A stretch of DNA of 64,000 nt, taken from the NCBI GenBank assembly GCA_034428515.1, contig DAOUHQ010000013.1, positions 82,371-146,370 on the forward strand, read 5' to 3'. This document shows positions 35,601-42,974 of this stretch, in pieces. This stretch comes from Dehalococcoidia bacterium. GTDB lineage: Bacteria; Chloroflexota; Dehalococcoidia; UBA6926. The translations under genes and the position numbers were made by a program. The notes below the pieces were generated by a model. That model saw only the letters and a list, made by a program, of their open reading frames with translations, was not told the DNA's origin and did no database searches. The number at the start of each line of letters is the position of its first letter. Positions within the stretch are counted from its first letter, which is position 1.

Positions 35601-36813
35601 CAGAGGAGTATTCGCCCCAATAGGAATCATATGTGCTTCCGTCACCATATGCCGCCACTCTGAAATAGTATGTCTGGTCGCATGGTGCTGAGAAATACTT
35701 CGGAGAAGGTGGGCCGCTGTCACCGACGCCCCCATGATCCTGCGGAATGAAGGGATCTGGGATCGCGAACGTTGAATCATCGTCCTCTGACGTCCCTCGC
35801 TGGATGCGATACGTAGAAGCGCCGATAACCTCGCCCCACCTCACCAAGACGATCGAAGTGCCGTGCTCAGGGGCCCGTGTCACGGTTACGCCGGTGGGGG
35901 CGAGCGGACAACTCGGTGCGCGTACCCCCGTCGAAGACCGCCCCCATTTGGCCGCGGTGTTCTCGCCATCGCCATACGCGGTCACACGGAAGTAGTACGT
36001 GATCGAACCGCATGGAGCATCAAGCGTGTCCGACGTGGCGAGATTGCCTCTACTATCCCGGGTGATGTTTTTGACTGTCGTGTAGTAGCCGCTCTTTGAG
36101 GTGCTGCGCTGGAGGCGATACTTCGCAACGTTGGAGACGGCTCTCCAACTGACCCGAACGGATGAGGGTCCGTCGGTGGACGGTCGCGTCACGGTAACAC
36201 CGCTTGGAGTTGCCGGCCTGGGCAGTGGGGTCGGAGTCGGCGTAGCTGTTGGCGGTTCAGGCGTGGGCGTAGCTGTTGGCGGTTCAGGTGTGGGCGTGTC
36301 TGGAGGTGGTTCGGGTGTGGGTGTATCTGGTTCGGGTGTGGCCGTGGGCGCATTGATCGTGACGCTCTTGGAAGCAGTATCGACTGTGGAGGTGCCCTCT
36401 CCGTCGGGAGACGTGAATAACAGCTGCGCCTCCACGCTTCCACTGCCTGCGGAACACCCATACAGAGTAACGGTTCTCGAAGCTGACGAGCTTGACGGCA
36501 CTAAACTCCAGGAGGTTCTACCTGTGCAGCCTGAGTTGCTGCCCAACTGCCCCGTCGCCTGAATCTCGACGTGATAGTAATAGTAGATCGACCCCATCCC
36601 CGATGCGCGGATCCTGTAATTGGACGAACTGCCCTCTGTGATTGATGACGCGCCGCTTATGGAAATTGACCCTGCAAGGCCTGACACTTGCGCATCAGCG
36701 CGGAACAAACCCCCCACACCTAGCAGCACGCCCGCTGCGATGAGCAGGATGACTGCCAACACGCCTAGCGCCTGAAAGGGATCCACAATCCAGAATCGTC
36801 TGCTCATCATCAT
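29629..36813 (-). CDS. Giant exported FN3-repeat protein with C-terminal phospholipase A2-like domain
   Basis: Signal/TM N-terminus (likely start 36813; the ORF is open to 36894), Pro/Thr linker, 10 Cys-containing FN3-like units, 3 canonical FN3 domains, Ig-like domains, then GCLKHDLAFGSL...NKHLSDSLFYAD...C. Confidence 0.88.
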   Translation of the reverse strand: MMMSRRFWIVDPFQALGVLAVILLIAAGVLLGVGGLFRADAQVSGLAGSISISGASSITEGSSSNYRIRASGMGSIYYYYHVEIQATGQLGSNSGCTGRTSWSLVPSSSSASRTVTLYGCSAGSGSVEAQLLFTSPDGEGTSTVDTASKSVTINAPTATPEPDTPTPEPPPDTPTPEPPTATPTPEPPTATPTPTPLPRPATPSGVTVTRPSTDGPSSVRVSWRAVSNVAKYRLQRSTSKSGYYTTVKNITRDSRGNLATSDTLDAPCGSITYYFRVTAYGDGENTAAKWGRSSTGVRAPSCPLAPTGVTVTRAPEHGTSIVLVRWGEVIGASTYRIQRGTSEDDDSTFAIPDPFIPQDHGGVGDSGPPSPKYFSAPCDQTYYFRVAAYGDGSTYDSYWGEYSSAVAAPDCPPPPAPTGVAVTRTAGTEPPDDPAEVEVSWNAFPSAARYRVGRKAEGSTYYTIVKTITEDDDGNLATSVRLDAPCGTDTFDFRVASYGDGEHYAEDWGESSTGVAAPTCPPTPGGVSVSRSATEGPTVVDVNWTHVTGASVHHVQRGTSRTDKSTFITAPRHTSQGEEGASGTATSFHYKAPCDQTYYFRIALKGNGTTYDSYWSEYSSAATAPDCPPPPAPTGVAVTRTAADEPPDNPSSVEVSWYSFSSAARYRVQRSTSRTSGYSTVETFTADDNGNLATSGTFDAPCGTAYYFRVAAYGDGETRGEAWGEYSTGIKAPTCPPAPSGISVTRSGSEGPTVVDVNWTHVSGTPTHHVQRGTSVTDESTFSDAPRHTPQNQGGASGTATSFHYKAPCDQTYYFRIALKGDGTPYDEYWGEYSSAVAAPDCPPPPAPTGVAVTRTAGSEPPDDPSEIEVSWYSFSSAARYRVQRSTSPNSGYSTVGTFTEDANGDLATSGAFDAPCGTTYYFRVAAYGDGENRGKAWGDYSDGIAAPNCPSTPSGVSVTRSATEGTTIVDVHWTHVSGAPVVYVQRGTSQTDDSAFTEAPRHTPQGEEGASGTARSDHYLAPCNQTYYFRLAVRSTGNQYWSEYSSAAAAPDCPPPPAPTGVTVTRTAGDEPPDDPSEVEVSWDAVANTSQYRVQRSTSLNGTYATISTITKDADNNLATSGTFDAPCGTTTYYFRVAAYGDGETRGESWGDPSDAVQAPTCPPTPTGVSVTRSTTEGASVVDVSWTDVTGASVHHVQRGTSATDESTFISAPRHTPQDQEGASGTAKSNNYQAPCGQTYYFRVALRGDGTTYDSHWGEYSTPVAAPACPEPPDQVDQPTLTTGHASIGVTWTAPSPGTSPIERYEVQHKVSTATSWTGAPQVTDTKTTVSSLTNGSAYEVQVRACSSDGCSDWSISATGTPRALQVSISANLDKPKPGQTVTLTAIISNPPIGASAPSYQWNTSGWWRPDSNSSTDRHLSDRPSTLTHRVRVTYSSGVTATSDLFTLRWAYPPAPPPTLRGTVQPTTMSLSWDAVSGAAKYQVQYRTSGGTWSTPTETTTTSLTVSSLTSDTMYEFRARSYGNNTTHAAEWGDWSHSLVSTTGVPPTPDLNRAYAKTATSVTFSIDRVDGVGSYQIRHRTDSVQTWTEGTEITIPATGDITHTITGLTANTGYHFSLRLRGDGTHYVKEVGGTKSWSQWSADVQESTPLVTLSISGERSPLYEGEQITLTVTADDLPTTGSYEIEVKAYGAEGGESSTTDSDLGFNSTCSDVEESEDVNAAGKTIHTATFTLHACAFENNGGGFVIATFLDSNDNVVAGDWVYLEVRPVTVSISADNPFPITTGTTAERKVTLTAGMDGPVGTTFNYYHWQTPALDDEVCTNVQNATSATHELNPTSATTKSIRVIVKENSADTDCYFSEPVYVTWNLGSTLREITDALAANFVTPTATPDPGPSGQADKLPQHRKVLLDKESALLTCTTGSSDGSFTALMTGYEVGSPLAALLETEDDPTTLDVVEGCKGDLDTAWTAIESSFSTTLTTIRTTGTNAAAIDAFLASKPGQSFITYITSQVQIKQSIQDFIVPAASILANEPAVQGNTGGNSGGNGANGQGEDQVGICLRRAGIGAADDPRKATLQQRLDTLNCLTFQTPHSFWIDLARPIVDSNANSTLLDTYKEKVVDPDDTDEQKEGMWLDGQDFECTWETDIRSFISTAIRIFLPPPNNVDLNHNAAQIAGCLKHDLAFGSLRLIDNSAAGDDPDSAWNPRNKHLSDSLFYADAVCLDKLGSERRDCLANTTEFWNSTSISWLSSEAAQRTWAVAQFNNKGWPITREHITDAAQEPRYKVCAEPLPRIDTTSLRAHIGDEYITVSWTLIPSCVNEEIDKVILTGPVLRATRNIESEVTTTPALSTKIKKPAYFSSRGVRLGHAFIFPARRVYGSHEFDQDDFHVVIVE
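33001..36216 (-). repeat. Ten tandem ~105-110-aa FN3-like coding repeats alternating types A and B
   Basis: Each unit has P.GV.VTR...V.W...QR.TS...APC...YYFR...W..YS...AP.CP. Type A carries GNLATS..DAPC; type B carries QG..GASG...APC(D/N/G)QT. Confidence 0.9.
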
Positions 36814-37070
36814 GTGACTCTTTACCGGGCCAGCTTCTGGTGTAGAGGAACCCGTACTCTTGCGGCTATATTGAGTCAGCCTACCAAAATACATGTAACT
36901 GATGTGTCATTTTTTGATGATAACTCATGACTTTTTATGACGATTTGGAGAACTCTGTAAGATTGCCTCCGTTGGCACCCAATTATGCGGCACCTAAAAT
37001 GGAAGGAATGTAGATGCCCGCATGTCCGCATCGAGGCAACTATGTGGACCGATCAGACGAACTGATGTGA

Positions 37071-37202
37071 GAGATAGCGGATCTGCAGAACCACCCATCC
37101 CGCCTGAGCGAGGCCAATCTCCGCGTCACCGAAGCCCTGGACTTCGACAGGCTGTTGCATGAGGTAGTTCACGAGACGCTGCATCCCGGCGGAATCCGGT
37201 AA
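37071..37202 (+). pseudogene. Short remnant resembling the N-terminal helix of GAF sensor/regulator proteins
   Basis: EIADLQNHPSRLSEANLRVTEALDFDRLLHEVV, bounded by stops with no start codon. The resemblance is from memory of RLSEASLRINESLDF-type proteins. Confidence 0.35.
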
Positions 37203-37401
37203 TGAGGATGTCGAGCATTCAATCAACGGGACAGATGCCGCGCAATTCACTGTCGATGAAGCAATGGAGTGGCCTGACGTGGCAGCGGGCGCGGAATTAG
37301 ACTTTGAATCCGGTATAACGACGTACCAGGGATAGCAAGCCTTGTAACGCACGGTGATCAGCCGACCGTAACACGATCCTTACGCTAATATCTCAGCATC
37401 C

Positions 37402-37431
37402 TTGACACAAGAACGCACGTTCTTTTACTCT
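37402..37431 (+). promoter_or_regulatory. Sigma70-type promoter with LexA (SOS) box for imuB-dnaE2-SRAP
   Basis: TTGACA (37402-37407), AGAAC-GCAC-GTTCT (37410-37423) in the spacer, TACTCT (37426-37431). GAAC-N4-GTTC is the Gram-positive/Chloroflexota LexA box. Confidence 0.85.
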
Positions 37432-37462
37432 GCCCCTTACCAGTCGAACGGTGGGGGGAACG

Positions 37463-38908
37463 ATGCGGGTTGCCTGTGTGCTCATTACGCATCTGAGAGC
37501 GAAGGTCGAGATGAGGAGGCGGCCGGATGTAGCAGACCGGCCTGCCGTGATCGTCGCACGTGGTCAGAAAAAGCCCCTCGTTGTCGACTACTCGCCTGCT
37601 GCCTCCCGAATCAGAATCGGCATGACGCCGGAACAGGCGCTCTCGCAGCAGGTGGACACCCTAATCCTTGAGACAGACGAGCCAACCTATCGCAGTGTCT
37701 TCCGGCAAACCCTCACCGCGTTGCAACAGGTCAGCGACCAGGTTGAGGGTGCGGGCCTTGGAACAGCCTACGTGCGAATGGTGGGACTGGATGAGATGTA
37801 TGGCGGCGAGGACGCGCTGGTCGCCGCGTTGCACCAGGTGGTCCCGAACTACCTGCAGGCGCGGATTGGGGTCGGTGAGGGGAAGTTCCCTGCATTCGCC
37901 GCCGCCACCGCCGCCCCCCAACTCGGCGTCACTACCGTCCCGCCCGACGCGGCGGAGTTCCTGTCCCTGTGCTCCGTTGACTTGTTGCCGGTAAAGGAAG
38001 AAACTCGCCTAGGCCTTCGCCGCTTCGGCCTTCGCACACTGGGCGACATTGCCGCGATGCCCGAAGCTGCGCTTATTGACCAGTTTGGCGTAGAGGGTGG
38101 CGCTGCGTGGCAGTTTTCGCACGGCAGCGACGACAACCCACTGATCCCCCTCGCATATGAGGAATCCGTCTCGGAGCGCATGTCGTTGCCGTTCGCGTCG
38201 AGGTCCTTGGAACTCGTCACCGTCACGGTAGACGCCCTCCTCAAACGGGCATATACCGTGCCGCGAATGCGCGGACGTTACGCCGGAGCCGTCACGCTCC
38301 ACTGCCTTCTGCTCAACGCTCCCACGTGGGAGCGGACGGTGCGGTTCAAGCAACCCGCCGGTACATGGGAGCGCGCATCGGAGATCATTGCGACGCGGAT
38401 GGCGCAGGATCACCCGCTTGCGCCCGTCGAAGAAGTCAGCGTCACTCTGAGCGACCTGAGCGGCGATACGGGAATGCAGATGGGCCTGCTATATGACCAT
38501 CGGCGTGACCGACGTGAGCGGCTGCTGGAGGCGGGCAGGGGGCTCCGCGCCCACCTCAAGGGTGGTAGTGCTCTCTATCAGGTACTGAATGTCGCGCCGT
38601 GGCACCCCGCGCCGGAGATGCGCGCCCTCCGCGTCCCCATCGATTCCTTCACAGGTGATGACGCGACTCCGTTGGCAATGCCCGCTGCGCTGGCTGTGCG
38701 GGAAGGCCCAAACCGTCAACCGCTGGCCGTGCAACTGGGCAATAAATGGCACAGAATCGCTCACATCGAAGATCGGTGGAGCTTCGATCTCTGGTGGCTG
38801 CCGCAGCCGCTCACTAGGACCTACTACCGCGTCAGCCAAGAGGATGGCCGCGAGCTGATTCTGTTCCGGGACCGGCGCGACGACTGTTGGTATCAGCACG
38901 TGCCTTAA
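37463..38908 (+). CDS. imuB: ImuB-like catalytically inactive Y-family polymerase with C-terminal DUF6504-like extension
   Basis: Y-family fold, but the acidic motifs are replaced (ACVLITHL; GLGTAY instead of SIDEAY); C-terminal IEDRW...WW...YYRV. Confidence 0.82.
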   Translation: MRVACVLITHLRAKVEMRRRPDVADRPAVIVARGQKKPLVVDYSPAASRIRIGMTPEQALSQQVDTLILETDEPTYRSVFRQTLTALQQVSDQVEGAGLGTAYVRMVGLDEMYGGEDALVAALHQVVPNYLQARIGVGEGKFPAFAAATAAPQLGVTTVPPDAAEFLSLCSVDLLPVKEETRLGLRRFGLRTLGDIAAMPEAALIDQFGVEGGAAWQFSHGSDDNPLIPLAYEESVSERMSLPFASRSLELVTVTVDALLKRAYTVPRMRGRYAGAVTLHCLLLNAPTWERTVRFKQPAGTWERASEIIATRMAQDHPLAPVEEVSVTLSDLSGDTGMQMGLLYDHRRDRRERLLEAGRGLRAHLKGGSALYQVLNVAPWHPAPEMRALRVPIDSFTGDDATPLAMPAALAVREGPNRQPLAVQLGNKWHRIAHIEDRWSFDLWWLPQPLTRTYYRVSQEDGRELILFRDRRDDCWYQHVP

Positions 38909-38921
38909 GAGCTACCGCGTC

Positions 38922-41900
38922 ATGACATCACCCTACACTGAGTTGCACGCCAAGAGTTTTTATTCCTTTGGGGAGGGAGCGTCGCATGTCCATGAACTGC
39001 TGGCACAGGCCAAGGAGTACGGCTATGACGCGCTCGCGCTGACCGACACGAACCTCTGCGGTGCGCTGGAATTCGCACGGCTGGCCAAGAGCCTCGGCGT
39101 GAAGCCCATCACTGGCGGCGAGTTGACCCTTTGCGACGGCTCCCGCATCACGCTGCTGGCCAAGAGCAAGCAGGGCTACGCCAACATCTCAAGGTTGTTT
39201 ACGCTCGCCAATTCCGTGGACCGCCGTGAGCCGCGTCTTGATCCCGTCCATCTGCTCGATCACGCCGAGGGCGTCGTGCTTATCGCGGGTGGGCGCGACG
39301 GCCAACTCTCCCGCCTTGCATTGAGTGGACGGCATGACGACGCTCAAAAACTCCTGCGCGACTACTTGGATTGGTTCGGGCCAGACGGCGTGTTCGTGGA
39401 GTTGCAGCAGAACCTCATTCGTGGAGATACTACACGGAACCGCGAGCTTGCGCGTCTCGCCAGGGACACGGGGGTCTGCCTCGTTCCCACGAATGATGTC
39501 CATTACCACGCGCCGGAGCGATACCGCCTCCAACATGCGCTCGTTGCCGCCAAGCACAACACCACCATCGACCAGGCCCTCCCGCATATTCGCCCAAATC
39601 ACCACTTCCATCTGAAGCCCCACGACGCGATGGCGCGGCTCTTTGAGAGGGAGTACCCGGGGATCATTGACGTAACGCGCCGCATCGCCGAGCAGTGCGA
39701 CTTCAACCTGGCCGACAGCATCAACTACGAACTGCCGGAGCCGGACGTGCCGGCGGGCTACACCACGGACAGCTATCTGCAACGCCTCTGTTTCGAAGCG
39801 GCAATGCGACGTTACGGCGGCATCTCGCAGCGCGTGCAGGATCGACTCGATGAAGAGTTCAGTCTCATCAAGCGGCACGGCATCGCCGGTTTCCTGCTGC
39901 TGTACCGGGACATTGTTCTATTGGCCCAGCAGATCATGGAAGAGCGCGAGCTGACGCCGCCGGAGATCCCGTTGGAGGAGAGACCGCCGGGCAGGGGGCG
40001 CGGGTCGTCCGTTGCGCTGTTGGTCGGTTACCTCATCGGCATCAGCCACATCGATCCCATCAAGTGGGACCTGACGCTGGAGCGGTTCATCTCCGAGGAC
40101 ATGTCCATGCTGCCGGACATTGATCTCGATTTCCCGCGCGGCCTGCGCGACGAGCTCATCACCCGCGTTCATCGACGCTACGGCCCGGACTACGCCGCGC
40201 TCACCGGCGCGATCAGCACCTACTCCGTCAAGGGCATCATCCAGGACATTGGCAAGGCTCTCGGCCTCCCGAAAGAAGACCTCACCCTCCTCTCCAAGCA
40301 ACTCCACTCCCACCATGCCGATGACCTCAAAGAGGAGATGCTCCGTTTACCCGCCTACAAGGACCGTGTTGAGTCGCAGGGTTGGCGGGAACTGATTGAA
40401 CTCGCTCCCCAGCTCATGGACGCCCCCCGCAGCCTTGGCCAGCATGTCGGCGGCATGATCCTCAGCAGCTCGCCCATCTCGGAGATGACGCCCATCCGGG
40501 AGGGGGCGATCGTGGGGCGCTACATCATGGACTGGAACAAGGACACCATCGCTGACGCCAACGTCGCCAAGATCGATCTCCTCTCGTTGCCGGTTCTCGA
40601 CCAGTTGGAGCAGTCGCTTGATCTCATCGAGCAGCGGACGGGCAGCCGTCCCGACCTTAGCCGCGTGGAGCCGGATGATGACAACGTCTATGACATGATC
40701 AACGAGGGACGTGCCAAAGGTATCTTCCTGCTGCAATCACCGGCCCAGCTCAAGATGGCGCAGCGACTCCGCTCGCGTAATCTTCTTGACCTTGCCTACC
40801 AGGTCGCGCTGATTCGGCCTGGTGTGGGAGTGCAGGGCAGTTCCGTCAGCCAGTTCGTGGAGCGATACCGGCATGGTGCGAAGTGGGACTACGATCATCC
40901 GCTGGAGAAGCGGGCGCTGGAGCGCGGTTACGGCATCATCGTCTGGCAGGAGCAGGTGGTGCAGTTGCTGGCGGACGTTGCCGGCGTCACGACGGCGGAG
41001 GCGGATGAGATACGCCGCACCTTTGGTCGTCCCAACAATGCCGCCCTGATTGAGATGCACTGGCAGCGATTCCTTGAGGGAGCGCGTCGCAACGGCGTGC
41101 CGGACGATATCGCGGAGAAAATCTTCGGCAAGGTCAACGGCCACTACATGTTTCCGGAGAGCCACAGCCACGCATTCGCCATCACTGCCTATCAAGCCGC
41201 GTGGCTCAAGCGCTACCACCCCCTGGAGTTCTTTGTGACCCTCATCAACAACCAGCCGATGGGTTTCTACCCGATGGAGACCCTCAAGCAGGATGCGCGG
41301 CGCTTCGGCGTCCCGTTCCTCAATCCCTGCGTGAACCGCAGCCAAGCCCTATGTATCTCGGAGGGTGGAGCAGTGCGGCTGGGCCTTGGCTTTATTAGGG
41401 ATGTTGGCGAGGCGGCGGCGCGCGCCATCGTTGAAGAGCGGGAGGCGCGAGGCCGATACGGCAGTCCCGCCGACCTTGTGAGCAGAACGGGCATCACGCC
41501 GCAGGCTGCCGCATCGCTCGTGATGGCGGGCGCGTTCGATGATGTCTCGTCCAACCGCAGACAGGCCTTGTGGGATGTTGGCCTTGCCAACCGCCCACTC
41601 AGGAGCGGTCAGCGCACTCTCGCCGCAACCACTGACCACGTCACCCCTCAACTCAAGGATTTTTTGGAATACGAGAAGATGGTTGGCGAGTATCGCGTCA
41701 TGGGCATCTACCCGCGCGGCCACGTCATGGAATTTGTGCGCTCCACGCTAAACGACCACGTCCTGCGAACGTCAGACGTGTACAACATGCCTGAGGATCA
41801 GGAGGTGCTCGTTGCCGGTTGGCCGATTGCCCGGCAGCATCCGCGCGGGCGAGACGGCACCGTCTTCGTCACCATCGAGGACGAGTGCGGCGACGTACAA

Positions 41901-42071
41901 CTCATTCTCTGGAAGGACGTGTTCGCGCGATCCCGGCGTGCCCTGCGCAACCGCGTTATTATGGCGCGCGGTGTTGTCTCTCGCTGGGACGGCACGACGA
42001 ACATCATCGCCTCGGAAATCCGTGCCATCAACACCGATGTCCCCATGCCAAACGCTCACGACTGGCACTGA
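38922..42071 (+). CDS. dnaE2: Error-prone DNA polymerase III alpha (DnaE2/ImuC)
   Basis: PHP domain ELHAKSFYSF, PPGRGRGSS, PDIDLDF, FPESHS, C-terminal OB fold; follows imuB. Confidence 0.93.
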   Translation: MTSPYTELHAKSFYSFGEGASHVHELLAQAKEYGYDALALTDTNLCGALEFARLAKSLGVKPITGGELTLCDGSRITLLAKSKQGYANISRLFTLANSVDRREPRLDPVHLLDHAEGVVLIAGGRDGQLSRLALSGRHDDAQKLLRDYLDWFGPDGVFVELQQNLIRGDTTRNRELARLARDTGVCLVPTNDVHYHAPERYRLQHALVAAKHNTTIDQALPHIRPNHHFHLKPHDAMARLFEREYPGIIDVTRRIAEQCDFNLADSINYELPEPDVPAGYTTDSYLQRLCFEAAMRRYGGISQRVQDRLDEEFSLIKRHGIAGFLLLYRDIVLLAQQIMEERELTPPEIPLEERPPGRGRGSSVALLVGYLIGISHIDPIKWDLTLERFISEDMSMLPDIDLDFPRGLRDELITRVHRRYGPDYAALTGAISTYSVKGIIQDIGKALGLPKEDLTLLSKQLHSHHADDLKEEMLRLPAYKDRVESQGWRELIELAPQLMDAPRSLGQHVGGMILSSSPISEMTPIREGAIVGRYIMDWNKDTIADANVAKIDLLSLPVLDQLEQSLDLIEQRTGSRPDLSRVEPDDDNVYDMINEGRAKGIFLLQSPAQLKMAQRLRSRNLLDLAYQVALIRPGVGVQGSSVSQFVERYRHGAKWDYDHPLEKRALERGYGIIVWQEQVVQLLADVAGVTTAEADEIRRTFGRPNNAALIEMHWQRFLEGARRNGVPDDIAEKIFGKVNGHYMFPESHSHAFAITAYQAAWLKRYHPLEFFVTLINNQPMGFYPMETLKQDARRFGVPFLNPCVNRSQALCISEGGAVRLGLGFIRDVGEAAARAIVEEREARGRYGSPADLVSRTGITPQAAASLVMAGAFDDVSSNRRQALWDVGLANRPLRSGQRTLAATTDHVTPQLKDFLEYEKMVGEYRVMGIYPRGHVMEFVRSTLNDHVLRTSDVYNMPEDQEVLVAGWPIARQHPRGRDGTVFVTIEDECGDVQLILWKDVFARSRRALRNRVIMARGVVSRWDGTTNIIASEIRAINTDVPMPNAHDWH

Positions 42072-42099
42072 GCCTATAATCGGCGCAGGGAGTGGGGAG

Positions 42100-42768
42100 A
42101 TGTGTGGACGATACAGCCTGATCAGCGACCTGACCGCCCTGCAGCTGCGGTTTGATTTCGATAATCTCATAACCGACTATGCGCCCCGCTTCAACATCGC
42201 GCCCACGCAGAACGTCCTGACGGTGCGTTGGGAGGACGGCCACAACGTCGCAGAACATATGCGGTGGGGCCTGATTCCCTCATGGGCGAAGGACATGTCC
42301 ATCGGCAACCGTGCCATCAACGCGCGGGCTGAAACCCTGGCGGACAGACCCATGTTCCGCACGGCACTACGCCACCGCCGCTGCCTCATCCTCGCGGACG
42401 GCTTCTATGAATGGACGGGCAGTGGCAAGGCAAGACAGCCTATGCGCATCCTGATGACGACCGGAGAACCCTTCGCCTTCGCGGGCCTTTGGGAAACCTG
42501 GACAAACCCGGAGGGCGTGTTGATCAACTCCTGCACGATCATCACCACGACGCCCAACGACGTCATGCGCCCCATCCATGACCGAATGCCCGTCATCCTC
42601 CCGCGGGAGCACGAGGCCGCCTGGCTCGGCCACTCGATAGAGGACGCCGCAGATCTGAGCAGCCTCTTGATCCCCTATCCACCGGACGCGATGGAAACCT
42701 ACCCCGTGTCGACGCTAGTCAACTCCCCCGCCAACGACACGCCGGACGTGATTGTCAGGGAATCCTAG
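42100..42768 (+). CDS. SOS response-associated peptidase (SRAP/YedK/HMCES)
   Basis: MCGRY N-terminus (start 42100), RFNIAPTQ, ADGFYEW, IHDRMPVIL. Confidence 0.93.
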   Translation: MCGRYSLISDLTALQLRFDFDNLITDYAPRFNIAPTQNVLTVRWEDGHNVAEHMRWGLIPSWAKDMSIGNRAINARAETLADRPMFRTALRHRRCLILADGFYEWTGSGKARQPMRILMTTGEPFAFAGLWETWTNPEGVLINSCTIITTTPNDVMRPIHDRMPVILPREHEAAWLGHSIEDAADLSSLLIPYPPDAMETYPVSTLVNSPANDTPDVIVRES

Positions 42769-42974
42769 CACCAGATTCCCCGAGATTTCGGGAATAAAGG
42801 CAAGCCCCGAAATTGGGCGAGTGGGTACTCCATCGCCTGTTATCTAGATCCATAAGTGTGAACATTTGCGAACACGTTCTTTGCTCCAGCGCAAGAACCC
42901 TTGACTGCGCCCATGTAGTTATGACAAGTATGATATAGCTCAGACGTACGAACCCAGTTCTAAGGAATCTCGTC

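Noticed and set aside
33001-36216. CRISPR or non-coding repeat array
   Set aside because: The repeats are in-frame protein domains of ~320 bp with synonymous-type divergence.
42860-42960. Canonical LexA boxes before the integrase
   Set aside because: The GAAC/GTTC pairs have 2-nt (42870-42879) and 3-nt (42950-42960) spacing rather than 4 nt; kept only as part of a weak shared-motif finding.
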